Of a stretch of DNA of 32,189 nucleotides, positions 1 through 7,622 are shown one piece after another; position 1 is the stretch's first letter, and each line of letters begins with the position of its first letter. The DNA is taken from contig CAYMKA010000002.1 of the NCBI GenBank assembly GCA_964390935.1, positions 1 to 32,189 on the forward strand. Reading direction: 5' to 3'. This DNA comes from an uncultured bacterium. Its GTDB lineage: Bacteria > Margulisbacteria > CAYMKA01. A program made the position numbers and the translations under genes. The notes below the pieces were generated by a model. That model had not been told where the DNA came from and made no database searches. It worked only from the letters and a program-made list of their open reading frames with translations.

Positions 1-579
1 GTCGCCTCAGGGGACGGAGATGCGCTCAGCATTGGCGCAGGTCACTTACCACATGCGGTACGACGCAATATTGATATGACTTTAATTATTATGGATAACA
101 ACACTTACGGTTTAACCAAAGGCCAAATGTCTCCCACCACCCCGTTAAAAGACAAAACAGCTTCTACCATGTATGGAGTAATCGACACGCCCGTAAAACC
201 GATTCCCATGTTGCTAACTTACGGTGCGACCTTTGTGGCTCGCGCTTTTTCTGGTGATTTAAAAGCCACCACAGATTTGTTAACTAAAGCCATTCAACAC
301 AAAGGTTTTTCGGTGATTGAATGTTTGTCGCCTTGTCCAACATTTCGCGGCGATACTGAATTTGATCGCATTAAATCGACGATGAAACCCATGCCTGAAA
401 ATTATGACCCAACCGATTATCAAGCGGCGATTAAACTTGCTTCTGAAGATAACGAAATGCATATGGGTATTTTTTACCAAAGCAATAAGCCTTCTTATCA
501 TGATTATTTATCAGAAGTTCAAAAGAAAGCGTCAGCAAAAGCGATTCCTTTGAAAGAACTTGTGACCGAGTTCGAATAG
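1..579 (+). CDS. korB: 2-oxoacid (2-oxoglutarate):ferredoxin oxidoreductase beta subunit, 3' part; the 5' end lies outside the window
   Basis: Frame 1 is open from base 1 (VASGDGDALSIGAGHLPHAVRRNIDMTLIIMDNNTYGLTKGQMSPTTP). This is the GDGD...YGLTKGQ.SPT thiamine-diphosphate signature of OFOR beta subunits. The ATG at 76 is internal; the stop is TAG at 577-579. Confidence 0.85.
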   Translation, partial: VASGDGDALSIGAGHLPHAVRRNIDMTLIIMDNNTYGLTKGQMSPTTPLKDKTASTMYGVIDTPVKPIPMLLTYGATFVARAFSGDLKATTDLLTKAIQHKGFSVIECLSPCPTFRGDTEFDRIKSTMKPMPENYDPTDYQAAIKLASEDNEMHMGIFYQSNKPSYHDYLSEVQKKASAKAIPLKELVTEFE

Positions 580-590
580 AAAATTAGATA

Positions 591-899
591 GTGCCCAAAA
601 TTACTTTTCTGCCCAGCAATATTACTGGCGAATATAATTCAGGTGAATCAGTTTTAGAACGCGGTTGGCGTTTAAATGTCGAAATTCACTCGACTTGCGG
701 CGGTGTGGCGCGCTGCACAGACTGCAAAGTTAAAGTTTTAGACGGCATGAAAAATTTACCCCGTCCTGAATTTGAAGAAACCAATGTGATCGGCAACACC
801 TGGCACATCACGAAAGAACGGCTGGCCTGTCAGCTGCGTGATTTAAAAGGCGATATTACGGTTGAAGTGCTGGAACCGTTTGAAAAAAAAGCACGTTAG
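591..899 (+). CDS. 2Fe-2S ferredoxin-like protein, a plausible electron acceptor of the upstream oxidoreductase
   Basis: 102-aa ORF with a GTG start 11 nt after the korB stop. It carries the Cys cluster CGGVARCTDCKV plus a distal LACQ, typical of plant/adrenodoxin-type 2Fe-2S ferredoxin folds. Confidence 0.7.
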   Translation: MPKITFLPSNITGEYNSGESVLERGWRLNVEIHSTCGGVARCTDCKVKVLDGMKNLPRPEFEETNVIGNTWHITKERLACQLRDLKGDITVEVLEPFEKKAR

Positions 900-1627
900 A
901 AATTTTTTCTTCTAAAAGATACGGTATGCGAAAATTTTTTAGCCAGATTATTTAAAGGTTCATATTTAAAATTTTCAAAACATAATTGCCGTTGGTTCAA
1001 GTTTTCCAAATCTAATCTTTCGAAACCATCTATTTCATAGAGTTTGATATTTTTGCCTTGTCCCCAGGTCTCATAATAGGCCCCAGAAAAACCATTATCC
1101 TTGGGGCCTATTAAAATATATTCCATGACCGATATTGTTTTTCTAAAATCCTTTGTCCAATCAACACCCATTGGCATCCATGATGATAAAACAATTTGGG
1201 GCTTAAAACGCTCTAAAGCTTCCTGATAATCATAATTAATTATTCTATAAAGAGGTTTAATCCCTCGTTGTCCATTATCAATAGCAATCATTTTCACTTC
1301 TTTTTGAGAATATCTTTGGAGTTTTTGGTTAACAAAAAAAGTGAGTCGTCCATCTCCAGCACCAGCTTCCAAAATAGTGATTTGTTGATCAATTAGTTTA
1401 TTAATCCTATTTACTAGATAACATGTTAAATCTTCAATGTATTCGTTCGTTAAAATTTCAAATAATTTAATTTTTCCTACAAACATTTCTTTGGTTAATT
1501 GATTAAAACAGTCACGATCGGTAAAAAACCTTAAGGCACTATTGTAGGAAATCAGTTCCCTTCTGGGGGAAAGAATAATTTCTATATTTTCCAGGGGGAT
1601 ATTTTTAGTGTTTTGATAGAAGCCCAT
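896..1627 (-). CDS. Class I SAM-dependent methyltransferase (substrate unknown)
   Basis: 243-aa ORF with SAM-binding motif I, ILEAGAGDGRL. It is visibly more AT-rich than its neighbours. Its stop codon overlaps the ferredoxin stop (TTAG at 896-899). Confidence 0.6.
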   Translation of the reverse strand: MGFYQNTKNIPLENIEIILSPRRELISYNSALRFFTDRDCFNQLTKEMFVGKIKLFEILTNEYIEDLTCYLVNRINKLIDQQITILEAGAGDGRLTFFVNQKLQRYSQKEVKMIAIDNGQRGIKPLYRIINYDYQEALERFKPQIVLSSWMPMGVDWTKDFRKTISVMEYILIGPKDNGFSGAYYETWGQGKNIKLYEIDGFERLDLENLNQRQLCFENFKYEPLNNLAKKFSHTVSFRRKNF

Positions 1628-1863
1628 TACCTGAAATCGATTAATTTTGAGATATGTTTCAATTATTTAAAACCTGCAACTTTTAGGTTTTCATGACGAT
1701 AACCTTCATGAAAAACACAAACACCTTTATCAAAATCTTAATCATCGTCCAAATGGTCTTAACTTTAGGCCATGTCATTGAACCTTTGGTTTACGCTAAA
1801 GCTCAAGCTGACGGGGATAAAATGGCTGCTGCCTATATCTTGGTTGGAAAGCGCTTACGCACC

Positions 1864-2811
1864 TTACACGCCTAATGTTTCCAAATATCTTTCAACTTCA
1901 ATTGCTGCTTGGCAGCCTGAACCAGCTGCAGTAATCGCCTGACGGTAGTAGTGATCCTGTACGTCTCCTGCCGCAAATACACCAGGAATATTGGTTTCAG
2001 TTCTGCCTGGTTTTGTCTTGATATAGCCCTTTTCATCTAAATCAATTTGGCCTTTGACCAATTCTGTATTGGGCTGATGACCAATAGCAATAAATATTCC
2101 ATCGATGGGCATCTCTGTGATTTGATTCGTTTTCAAATTTTTAATTTTAACGCCTTTCACCACTTTACGAGGTTTTTCCTCTCCTAATACTTCTTCGACG
2201 GCTGAATCGAGCATAAAAGAAATTTTAGGATGATTTTTGGCACGATCGACCATAATTTTTGAAGCTCTAAAAGTATCTTTACGATGCACAATGGTGACAT
2301 GATCTGCAAAACGAGTTAAAAAATTTGCTTCTTCCATCGCAGAGTCCCCGCCGCCGACTACAATGACTTTTTTATTTTTAAAGAAAGCGCCGTCGCAAGT
2401 CGCACAAGCTGAAACGCCAAAACCAGAAAACTTTGTTTCACTGGGCAACCCTAAATATTTTGCAGTCGCGCCAGTCGCAATAATCACGGTCTGCGCTAAA
2501 TATTCTTTGTCTTCAAACCAAACTTTTTTAGGATTTGATTTCAAATCGAGTTTAGTGACATGCACGGTTTCAAAGCGGGTGCCAAAACGTTCAGCCTGCT
2601 TACGAAACAACGGCATCATTTCAGGTCCTTGAATGCCTTCTGGAAAACCGGGAAAGTTTTCAACTTCGGTGGTGAGCATTAACTGTCCGCCAAAAGCATA
2701 ACCTTCAAAACACAATGGATTTAAATTAGCACGAGAAGTGTAGATAGCGGCCGTGTAACCAGCAGGACCTGAGCCAACAATAATTACTTTTTCAACATTT
2801 TGATTTGTCAT
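1864..2811 (-). CDS. trxB: Thioredoxin-disulfide reductase
   Basis: Contains the FAD motif VIIVGSGPAGYTAAIY, the redox-active CATCDG, the NADPH motif VVGGGDSAMEEA and the C-terminal GVFAAGDV. The ATG at 2811 (MTNQNVEKVIIVGSG) fits homologue N-termini better than the upstream TTG at 2832. Confidence 0.93.
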   Translation of the reverse strand: MTNQNVEKVIIVGSGPAGYTAAIYTSRANLNPLCFEGYAFGGQLMLTTEVENFPGFPEGIQGPEMMPLFRKQAERFGTRFETVHVTKLDLKSNPKKVWFEDKEYLAQTVIIATGATAKYLGLPSETKFSGFGVSACATCDGAFFKNKKVIVVGGGDSAMEEANFLTRFADHVTIVHRKDTFRASKIMVDRAKNHPKISFMLDSAVEEVLGEEKPRKVVKGVKIKNLKTNQITEMPIDGIFIAIGHQPNTELVKGQIDLDEKGYIKTKPGRTETNIPGVFAAGDVQDHYYRQAITAAGSGCQAAIEVERYLETLGV

Positions 2812-2853
2812 AAGAGAAACATTTTGCCACAAAAAACCAGCGGCGTAAGGGGT

Positions 2854-3561
2854 TTAAATACTTAAGAGTGTTCTCGTGTCGTCGTAATCTAAATCCACTT
2901 TGGGCACCAAACTTTGTACTGTGAGATTTTTATCTAAATAGGGAAATTCTTTTTGTTTGCCACGCATATAAATTTGCAGCGACACCGAAAAGTCTGAGTC
3001 ACTGGCAATTTGATTGAGGCGATGAATTGCATTAATTTCGGAAGTTAAAAAAGTAGCCTGCCCCTCATGAAAAATCATTTCTCCAAAAGGTTTGGGTTCT
3101 ATTTTTTTTCTTGATTGATCATGGGTCTCAAGTTGAGTAAAAAATTCTATTAAAATTTTTCCGTATAGAATTTTAATCACACCAACTGAACCGCCATGAG
3201 CATGAATAGGTGAACGGTGAGCCAGCGGCCAAATTTCAATTAAGGCGCCAACACTGGGGTGCGGCACAATCGCTTCCAGTCTTAAATAGTTAGAAGCCAA
3301 ATCGCGCTTCCCTTGAAATAAGTTTTGTTTAGCCAAAAGTCGATCTTTTAAAATACCATGGCTTAAACTTTCTCTAATGCGATGAATTGTGTGAAGTTCC
3401 AATGAAAAACTTTCTATCGTTTCCCTGACTTTTAAAGCCAAATCAACATCGCTGATTTCACGATCAATAATCTTTTCTTCTAAAGCATGTAAGTCGATCG
3501 TTAACTGCTCTAAAGAAAATATTTTTTTAATCGTCCCTGAAGTGGTTAAGATCGTCGTCAT
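2854..3561 (-). CDS. Cysteine-dioxygenase-type cupin (thiol dioxygenase-like) protein
   Basis: IWPLAHRSPIHAHGGSVGVIKILYGKILIE ... AIHRL ... SVSLQIY matches the CDO-family layout, in which an H-x-H plus a distal H act as metal ligands in a cupin barrel. The ATG at 3561 lies 4 nt after the stop of the upstream gene. The longer ORF running to 3600 would overlap that gene. Confidence 0.55.
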   Translation of the reverse strand: MTTILTTSGTIKKIFSLEQLTIDLHALEEKIIDREISDVDLALKVRETIESFSLELHTIHRIRESLSHGILKDRLLAKQNLFQGKRDLASNYLRLEAIVPHPSVGALIEIWPLAHRSPIHAHGGSVGVIKILYGKILIEFFTQLETHDQSRKKIEPKPFGEMIFHEGQATFLTSEINAIHRLNQIASDSDFSVSLQIYMRGKQKEFPYLDKNLTVQSLVPKVDLDYDDTRTLLSI

Positions 3562-3565
3562 AAAC

Positions 3566-4486
3566 TTAGCTGACAAATTCCACTGGCGCCTGCTTCGCAA
3601 TAAAACCCCTGTCTTCTGCTTCTTTTAAAAACAATTTGATACTTTCTTGGCCTTTCGCGCCTAAATCGAGAGTCCAATTGTTGACGTACATTCCTACAAA
3701 TTGATCAGCTAAAGATTTAGGCATATCACCTGCATAACGCATCGCGTAATCCAACGCTTCGCTACGATGATTGAGTGCATATTCAATAGAACGTTTCATA
3801 ATGCGTGAAACTTTTCCCACCATTTCTGAACCCAAGTTTTTACGAATAACATTAACCCCCAAGGGCAGAGGTAAATTATTTGTTTTTTTCCACCACCAGA
3901 CTCCTAAATTGGCAATTTGAGTTAGGCCCAAACTTTCGTGGGTAAGTTGCCCTTCATGAATCAAAAGGCCCACATCGACCGTGCCCTTCACCACTTCATC
4001 CATAATTTGGTTAAAAGGAATAATTTTGTAGTTGGTTAAAGGAAAAGGTAAAAACAGTTTCAAAGCCAAAAAAGCGGAGGTCATTTCACCAGGAATTCCA
4101 AATTTTAAATTTTTGATTTGATCATAAAAGGCCTGATTATTTTGATCTTTTCCATATTGATAGGAAGGAATTTGAAATTTGTCTTTCATCACGACCAAAC
4201 TTGGGCCATAACTTTCGCCACCCATTGAAGCTCCGTGGGTCAAAACAGAATAATGTTGTCTCACATGCGCATACGCATGCACCGAAATGGCTGTTGTCTC
4301 TAACTTAGCGTCTTTAGCCCATTCATTAAGAGTTTGGATGTCGTGGAGTTCGTGAGCAAATTCAATTCCTTCTAAATCGATCTTGCCATTAGTCGTCGCA
4401 TGAAACATAAAAGCGTCATCTGAGTCAGGGCTATGACCGATGCGAATTTTGGTAAGGGTGGTTTGATTGCTAGTTATATTCTTCAT
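3566..4486 (-). CDS. MqnA/MqnD-family protein (futalosine-route menaquinone biosynthesis family, periplasmic-binding-protein fold)
   Basis: The N-terminal IRIGHSPDSDDAFMFHA resembles the G-x-SPCPND-x-F-x-F motif of 1,4-dihydroxy-6-naphthoate synthase (MqnD) relatives. The 306-aa length fits the family. Confidence 0.6.
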   Translation of the reverse strand: MKNITSNQTTLTKIRIGHSPDSDDAFMFHATTNGKIDLEGIEFAHELHDIQTLNEWAKDAKLETTAISVHAYAHVRQHYSVLTHGASMGGESYGPSLVVMKDKFQIPSYQYGKDQNNQAFYDQIKNLKFGIPGEMTSAFLALKLFLPFPLTNYKIIPFNQIMDEVVKGTVDVGLLIHEGQLTHESLGLTQIANLGVWWWKKTNNLPLPLGVNVIRKNLGSEMVGKVSRIMKRSIEYALNHRSEALDYAMRYAGDMPKSLADQFVGMYVNNWTLDLGAKGQESIKLFLKEAEDRGFIAKQAPVEFVS

Positions 4487-4582
4487 GGGGAGAGTATTGT
4501 AACGGCTTTAAAAAAGATGTCCATTATTTTAGTCACTCCCATAAACAAATGTGCATTTTGAAAAAAAGTACTCTTAAAAAAT

Positions 4583-4598
4583 TGGCAATCAGATTGCA
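4583..4598 (+). promoter_or_regulatory. Candidate sigma-54 (-24/-12) promoter
   Basis: TGGCAAtcagaTTGCA compared with the consensus TGGCAC-N5-TTGCA, with exact GG-N10-GC spacing (GG 4584-4585, GC 4596-4597). It lies in the intergenic region just upstream of the ATG at 4614. rpoN is encoded in this window. Confidence 0.4.
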
Positions 4599-4613
4599 GA
4601 AGCAATCCATCGG

Positions 4614-4922
4614 ATGGAAACAATAGAAAAATGGAGCATGGCCAATGGGATTCACGAACTCAGTGACTGGACAATTATTACTAACCGCGGGCTTGATCCT
4701 GTGTATATTAATCTTGCAGCTCAAAGAGCACTAAATGTAAAAAGCGTCATTGATTGGAAAGAGTCCGAGCTGTTAGTCAAAATTATCGAAAACATCAAAA
4801 AAAGCACAACACATTATCAAAGCTTTAAAAATGGAGGTCGTGAATATTTTTCTTATTACGAGCTCATTATTGATAGAAATTTAAAAAACTATTTTCGAGT
4901 GGTCATTTCTCCTATTGCCTAA
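4614..4922 (+). CDS. Small hypothetical protein, possibly a stand-alone PAS-like domain
   Basis: 102-aa ORF. Its layout (GIHELSDWTIITNRGLDPVYINLAAQRALNV ... FKNGGREYFSYYELIIDRNLKNYFRVVISPI) resembles a PAS fold. There is no convincing SD, and the start is uncertain (alternative ATG at 4638). Confidence 0.4.
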   Translation: METIEKWSMANGIHELSDWTIITNRGLDPVYINLAAQRALNVKSVIDWKESELLVKIIENIKKSTTHYQSFKNGGREYFSYYELIIDRNLKNYFRVVISPIA

Positions 4923-5206
4923 TGATGCTTTTTAAAAATCAAAACCGAGTTTTTGCCCCCAAATCCGCTGCTATTCACCAAGGCATATTCGATTTCTTTT
5001 TTGCGAGCGACGTTGGGGATGTAATCCAAATCGCAATCCGGGTCGGGAAATTCATAATTAATGGTCGGTGGTAAAACCCCCTGCTCCAAGGCCATGAGAG
5101 CGGCCACCGACTGCATGGCTCCTGCTGGCCCTAAAGGATGGCCGATCATCGATTTAATCGAACTGCCTGGTACTTGATAGGCTGCACTGCCAAAAGCTTT
5201 TTTAAG
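4919..5206 (-). pseudogene. Beta-ketoacyl-ACP synthase (FabF/FabB-like) C-terminal fragment of about 95 aa; the N-terminal three quarters are missing
   Basis: The frame reads LKKAFGSAAYQVPGSSIKSMIGHPLGPAGAMQSVAALMALEQGVLPPTINYEFPDPDCDLDYIPNVARKKEIEYALVNSSGFGGKNSVLIFKKHH. This is collinear with the FabF C-terminus (..FG...VSSTKSMTGHLLGAAG...NSFGFGGTNGSLIFKK). An in-frame TGA sits upstream at 5222-5224. The active-site Cys region is absent. The annotated ORF 4919-5149 is only the ATG-initiated tail. Confidence 0.8.
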
Positions 5207-5394
5207 ATATCGAGACCATCTTCATTGGGAAAATTCAAATCTAAAAAAATTAAATCTATTTCTTGTTGTTTAAGTAAAGCAAAAGCTTCGTCGCTGTTTT
5301 GAGCTTCAAAAAAGGGATATTGATCTTTAAAAATATAAAACAGCGATTTACGGACTGACACATCGTCATCGATCGACAAAATAGAGTAAGCCAT
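5146..5394 (-). pseudogene. Truncated response-regulator receiver (REC) domain, N-terminal half only
   Basis: MAYSILSIDDDVSVRKSLF...DLIFLDLNFPNEDGLDILKKL contains the acidic pocket DDD and the phospho-acceptor Asp context (LDLNFP..DGL). It lacks beta4/beta5 (conserved T/S and K). After LKKL it runs into 14 unrelated codons, and its stop overlaps the ATG of the KAS fragment (ATGA). Confidence 0.65.
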
Positions 5395-5454
5395 GAATTG
5401 AGTATAAAAGTGCACTGTCCTTTGTGCAAATTATAATCAGATACTTTAAAAACT

Positions 5455-5470
5455 TGGCAAAAAAAATGCA
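5455..5470 (+). promoter_or_regulatory. Weak candidate sigma-54 (-24/-12) promoter
   Basis: TGGCAAaaaaaATGCA has GG-N10-GC spacing (GG 5456-5457, GC 5468-5469). It lies about 105 nt upstream of the ankyrin gene ATG. The spacer is an A-run, so a chance match is quite possible. Confidence 0.25.
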
Positions 5471-5575
5471 TTTTTAGGTCCTCTGAAACTAAAAAAAATA
5501 ATTGCGATCAATGAGCCGTCACCGTTAGGCTTCTTTTCTACAAAAGATGTTGAAAATTTCACCATCGCGGCTTGG

Positions 5576-5938
5576 ATGAATAATTTACAAATCGTTTCCG
5601 ACTATCTGACTAGTGGCATCAATGTAAATGTCCAAAATGAGTTCGGCAATACTGCTATTCTGCTCGCTTCCTGTAATGGTAATTTTCAAATAGTGAAACA
5701 CTTATTTAAACATCGAGCCAATTTAAATCTTGCCAATAAACAAGGAGATACAGCTCTGATTTGGGCAGCAGACAAAGGACATAAGGAAATTGTTAAATTT
5801 CTCATCTTACATGGAGCAGATTTGCAAGCCGTCAATCAGATTGGTCGTTCGGCACTATTTTGGGCAGAACAAAACGGTCATGAAGAAGTCATCCAGATTA
5901 TTCGTGACGCTCAAAAAACTTTGTTTCTTATTGCCTGA
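5576..5938 (+). CDS. Ankyrin-repeat protein (about 3 repeats, 120 aa)
   Basis: Repeated G-TAL..AA..GH.EIVK.L...GA-type units: GNTAILLASCNGNFQIVKHLFKHRANLN, GDTALIWAADKGHKEIVKFLILHGADLQ and GRSALFWAEQNGHEEVIQII. Confidence 0.85.
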   Translation: MNNLQIVSDYLTSGINVNVQNEFGNTAILLASCNGNFQIVKHLFKHRANLNLANKQGDTALIWAADKGHKEIVKFLILHGADLQAVNQIGRSALFWAEQNGHEEVIQIIRDAQKTLFLIA

Positions 5939-5997
5939 GATTGTTTTTTTAGAATCAATTTCTGCGTTAAGAAACAGCGCGTTAAAATGTTTTAACA

Positions 5998-6582
5998 GTG
6001 AAAAAACTTATCGGGGGTATTATTCTTTTATTCTTAAGCACAACCGGGCTTTGGGCTGATCAATTTAATTTTTATGTTTCTCAGACTCCGGCCAGACAAA
6101 TTGTCGTTAAAGATCAATTTAATACCACGTTTCGCAGTGATCCTTTTTTAAGTTTTGGAATCGAACTTGAAACGACTCTGAATGAACAAATGCAGTGGTC
6201 GCTGGGAATTTTACATTCGCCCGATCAAAAATATGCTGTCAGCACAGGCCAGGCCACCTATAGCAGCACTTCTTATTACTACAAAATAAAATATAGCCTC
6301 ATCGATTTCAAAGATAGTGTGTTTTATATTGGAGCCAGAGCTAGTTTAGAGTTTGCGTCAGTTCAAGGCTTTCCTTTATTAGGCGGAGTTGACGTCGGGA
6401 CCGGGGCTGGAATTTTGACAGGCATCGAATCAAACAGCTGGTTTGGTGAATATGGATATTTTTTCTCTACCCCCACCCTGCGTTTTACTGCCGGCTTTAC
6501 GGACTCTTACCAAGAGCAAACCGAGTTAAAAATAGGGTACCGCATCCGATTTAACTTTATTGATTTATTTCCAGCGAGTTAA
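5998..6582 (+). CDS. Putative small outer-membrane beta-barrel protein
   Basis: GTG start and a signal-peptide-like N-terminus (MKKLIGGIILLFLSTTGLWA). The body has alternating aromatic/Gly-rich strand-like segments (e.g. GEYGYFFSTPTLRFTAGF, ELKIGYRIRF). I recognise no specific family. Confidence 0.5.
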   Translation: MKKLIGGIILLFLSTTGLWADQFNFYVSQTPARQIVVKDQFNTTFRSDPFLSFGIELETTLNEQMQWSLGILHSPDQKYAVSTGQATYSSTSYYYKIKYSLIDFKDSVFYIGARASLEFASVQGFPLLGGVDVGTGAGILTGIESNSWFGEYGYFFSTPTLRFTAGFTDSYQEQTELKIGYRIRFNFIDLFPAS

Positions 6583-6585
6583 AAA

Positions 6586-7581
6586 CTAGAACGCTTCGTT
6601 AAAAACAACATCTCCCGTGACGGAAACTTGATAAGCGGAAACGCGACGTTCAAAAAAGTTTGCTAGCTCTTGCACATCTTGTTGTTCCATAAAATCAAAC
6701 GGATTTTTAGAACCATAAACTTTTTCATAACCTAAACGCAAGAAACGTTGGTCGGCCACAAACTCTAAATATTTACGCATGCCTTCTTTTGACATCCCGA
6801 TAATTCCGTAATTTAAAGTATCGTTTGCAAATTGAGTTTCACATTCAACAGCTTCTGTGATCATTTCAGTGACTCGTTTTTTTAGATCTTCATCGAACAG
6901 CTCGGGACTTTCTTTTCTAACAGTATCAATCACTTCAAACGCAAAATTCATATGACATGACTCATCTCGAAATACCCAGTTTGTCCCAGAAGCCAAACCC
7001 TGCAATAACCCTTTAGAACGCATAAAGTAAACATAAGCAAACGCCCCAAAGAAAAATAAACCTTCGATGCAGCTGGCAAAACAAATCATGTTTAACAAAA
7101 AGCTTTTTTTATCTTGCGGGTTTTTAATATGATCGAGCTTTTGGATTGAATCAATCCATTTTAAAGCAAAATCTGCTTTCATTTTGATAGAAGGAATATT
7201 TTCGACTGCTGCAAATGCTTCGTGGCGTTCTTGCTCATCGGGCACATAGGTATCAAGCAAGGTCAAATAAAACTGCACATGCAATGCTTCTTCATAAAGT
7301 TGTCTTGATAAATACATCCGCGCTTCAGGAGAATTGACATGCTTGTAGTAATTTAAAACCAAATTATTAGAAACAATAGAGTCGCCCGTTGCAAAGAAAG
7401 CCACCAGGCGCTTAATCATATGATGTTCAGCGGGCGTCATTTTACGCAAATCATTTAAGTCAGTTGAAAAATCTACTTCCTCGACTGTCCATGTGTTTTT
7501 AATAGCATTACGATACATTTCATAAAACTGTGGATACTTCATTGGACGCAGCGTTAAGTCATATCCGGGATCAAGTAGCAT
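6586..7581 (-). CDS. nrdB: Ribonucleoside-diphosphate reductase, class I beta subunit
   Basis: 331 aa with di-iron/tyrosyl-radical family motifs (FFATGDSIV, EEALHVQFY, CFASCIEGLFFFGAFAY, FRDESCHMNF). It lies directly downstream of nrdA. Confidence 0.93.
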   Translation of the reverse strand: MLLDPGYDLTLRPMKYPQFYEMYRNAIKNTWTVEEVDFSTDLNDLRKMTPAEHHMIKRLVAFFATGDSIVSNNLVLNYYKHVNSPEARMYLSRQLYEEALHVQFYLTLLDTYVPDEQERHEAFAAVENIPSIKMKADFALKWIDSIQKLDHIKNPQDKKSFLLNMICFASCIEGLFFFGAFAYVYFMRSKGLLQGLASGTNWVFRDESCHMNFAFEVIDTVRKESPELFDEDLKKRVTEMITEAVECETQFANDTLNYGIIGMSKEGMRKYLEFVADQRFLRLGYEKVYGSKNPFDFMEQQDVQELANFFERRVSAYQVSVTGDVVFNEAF

Positions 7582-7622
7582 TTTATTTCCTTCTTTCTTT
7601 CTTTACCAAGGCCAAGTCAAAC

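Noticed and set aside
280-501. 73-aa minus-strand ORF inside korB
   Set aside because: It lies antisense within a strongly supported gene, has an arbitrary composition and shows no motifs. It is a typical shadow ORF.
1669-1691. Hairpin AAAACCT-N9-AGGTTTT as the trxB terminator
   Set aside because: The stem is only 7 bp and AT-rich, with no proper downstream U-tract on the minus strand. That is too weak to call a terminator.
2363-2632. 89-aa plus-strand ORF inside trxB
   Set aside because: Shadow ORF antisense to trxB, which has unambiguous motifs across this span.
5256-5471. 71-aa minus-strand ORF overlapping the REC fragment in another frame (also 4533-4724 and 5790-6059)
   Set aside because: These are alternative-frame or overlapping ORFs with low-complexity, Cys/Phe/Leu-rich translation. 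The REC and ankyrin readings have real domain signatures.
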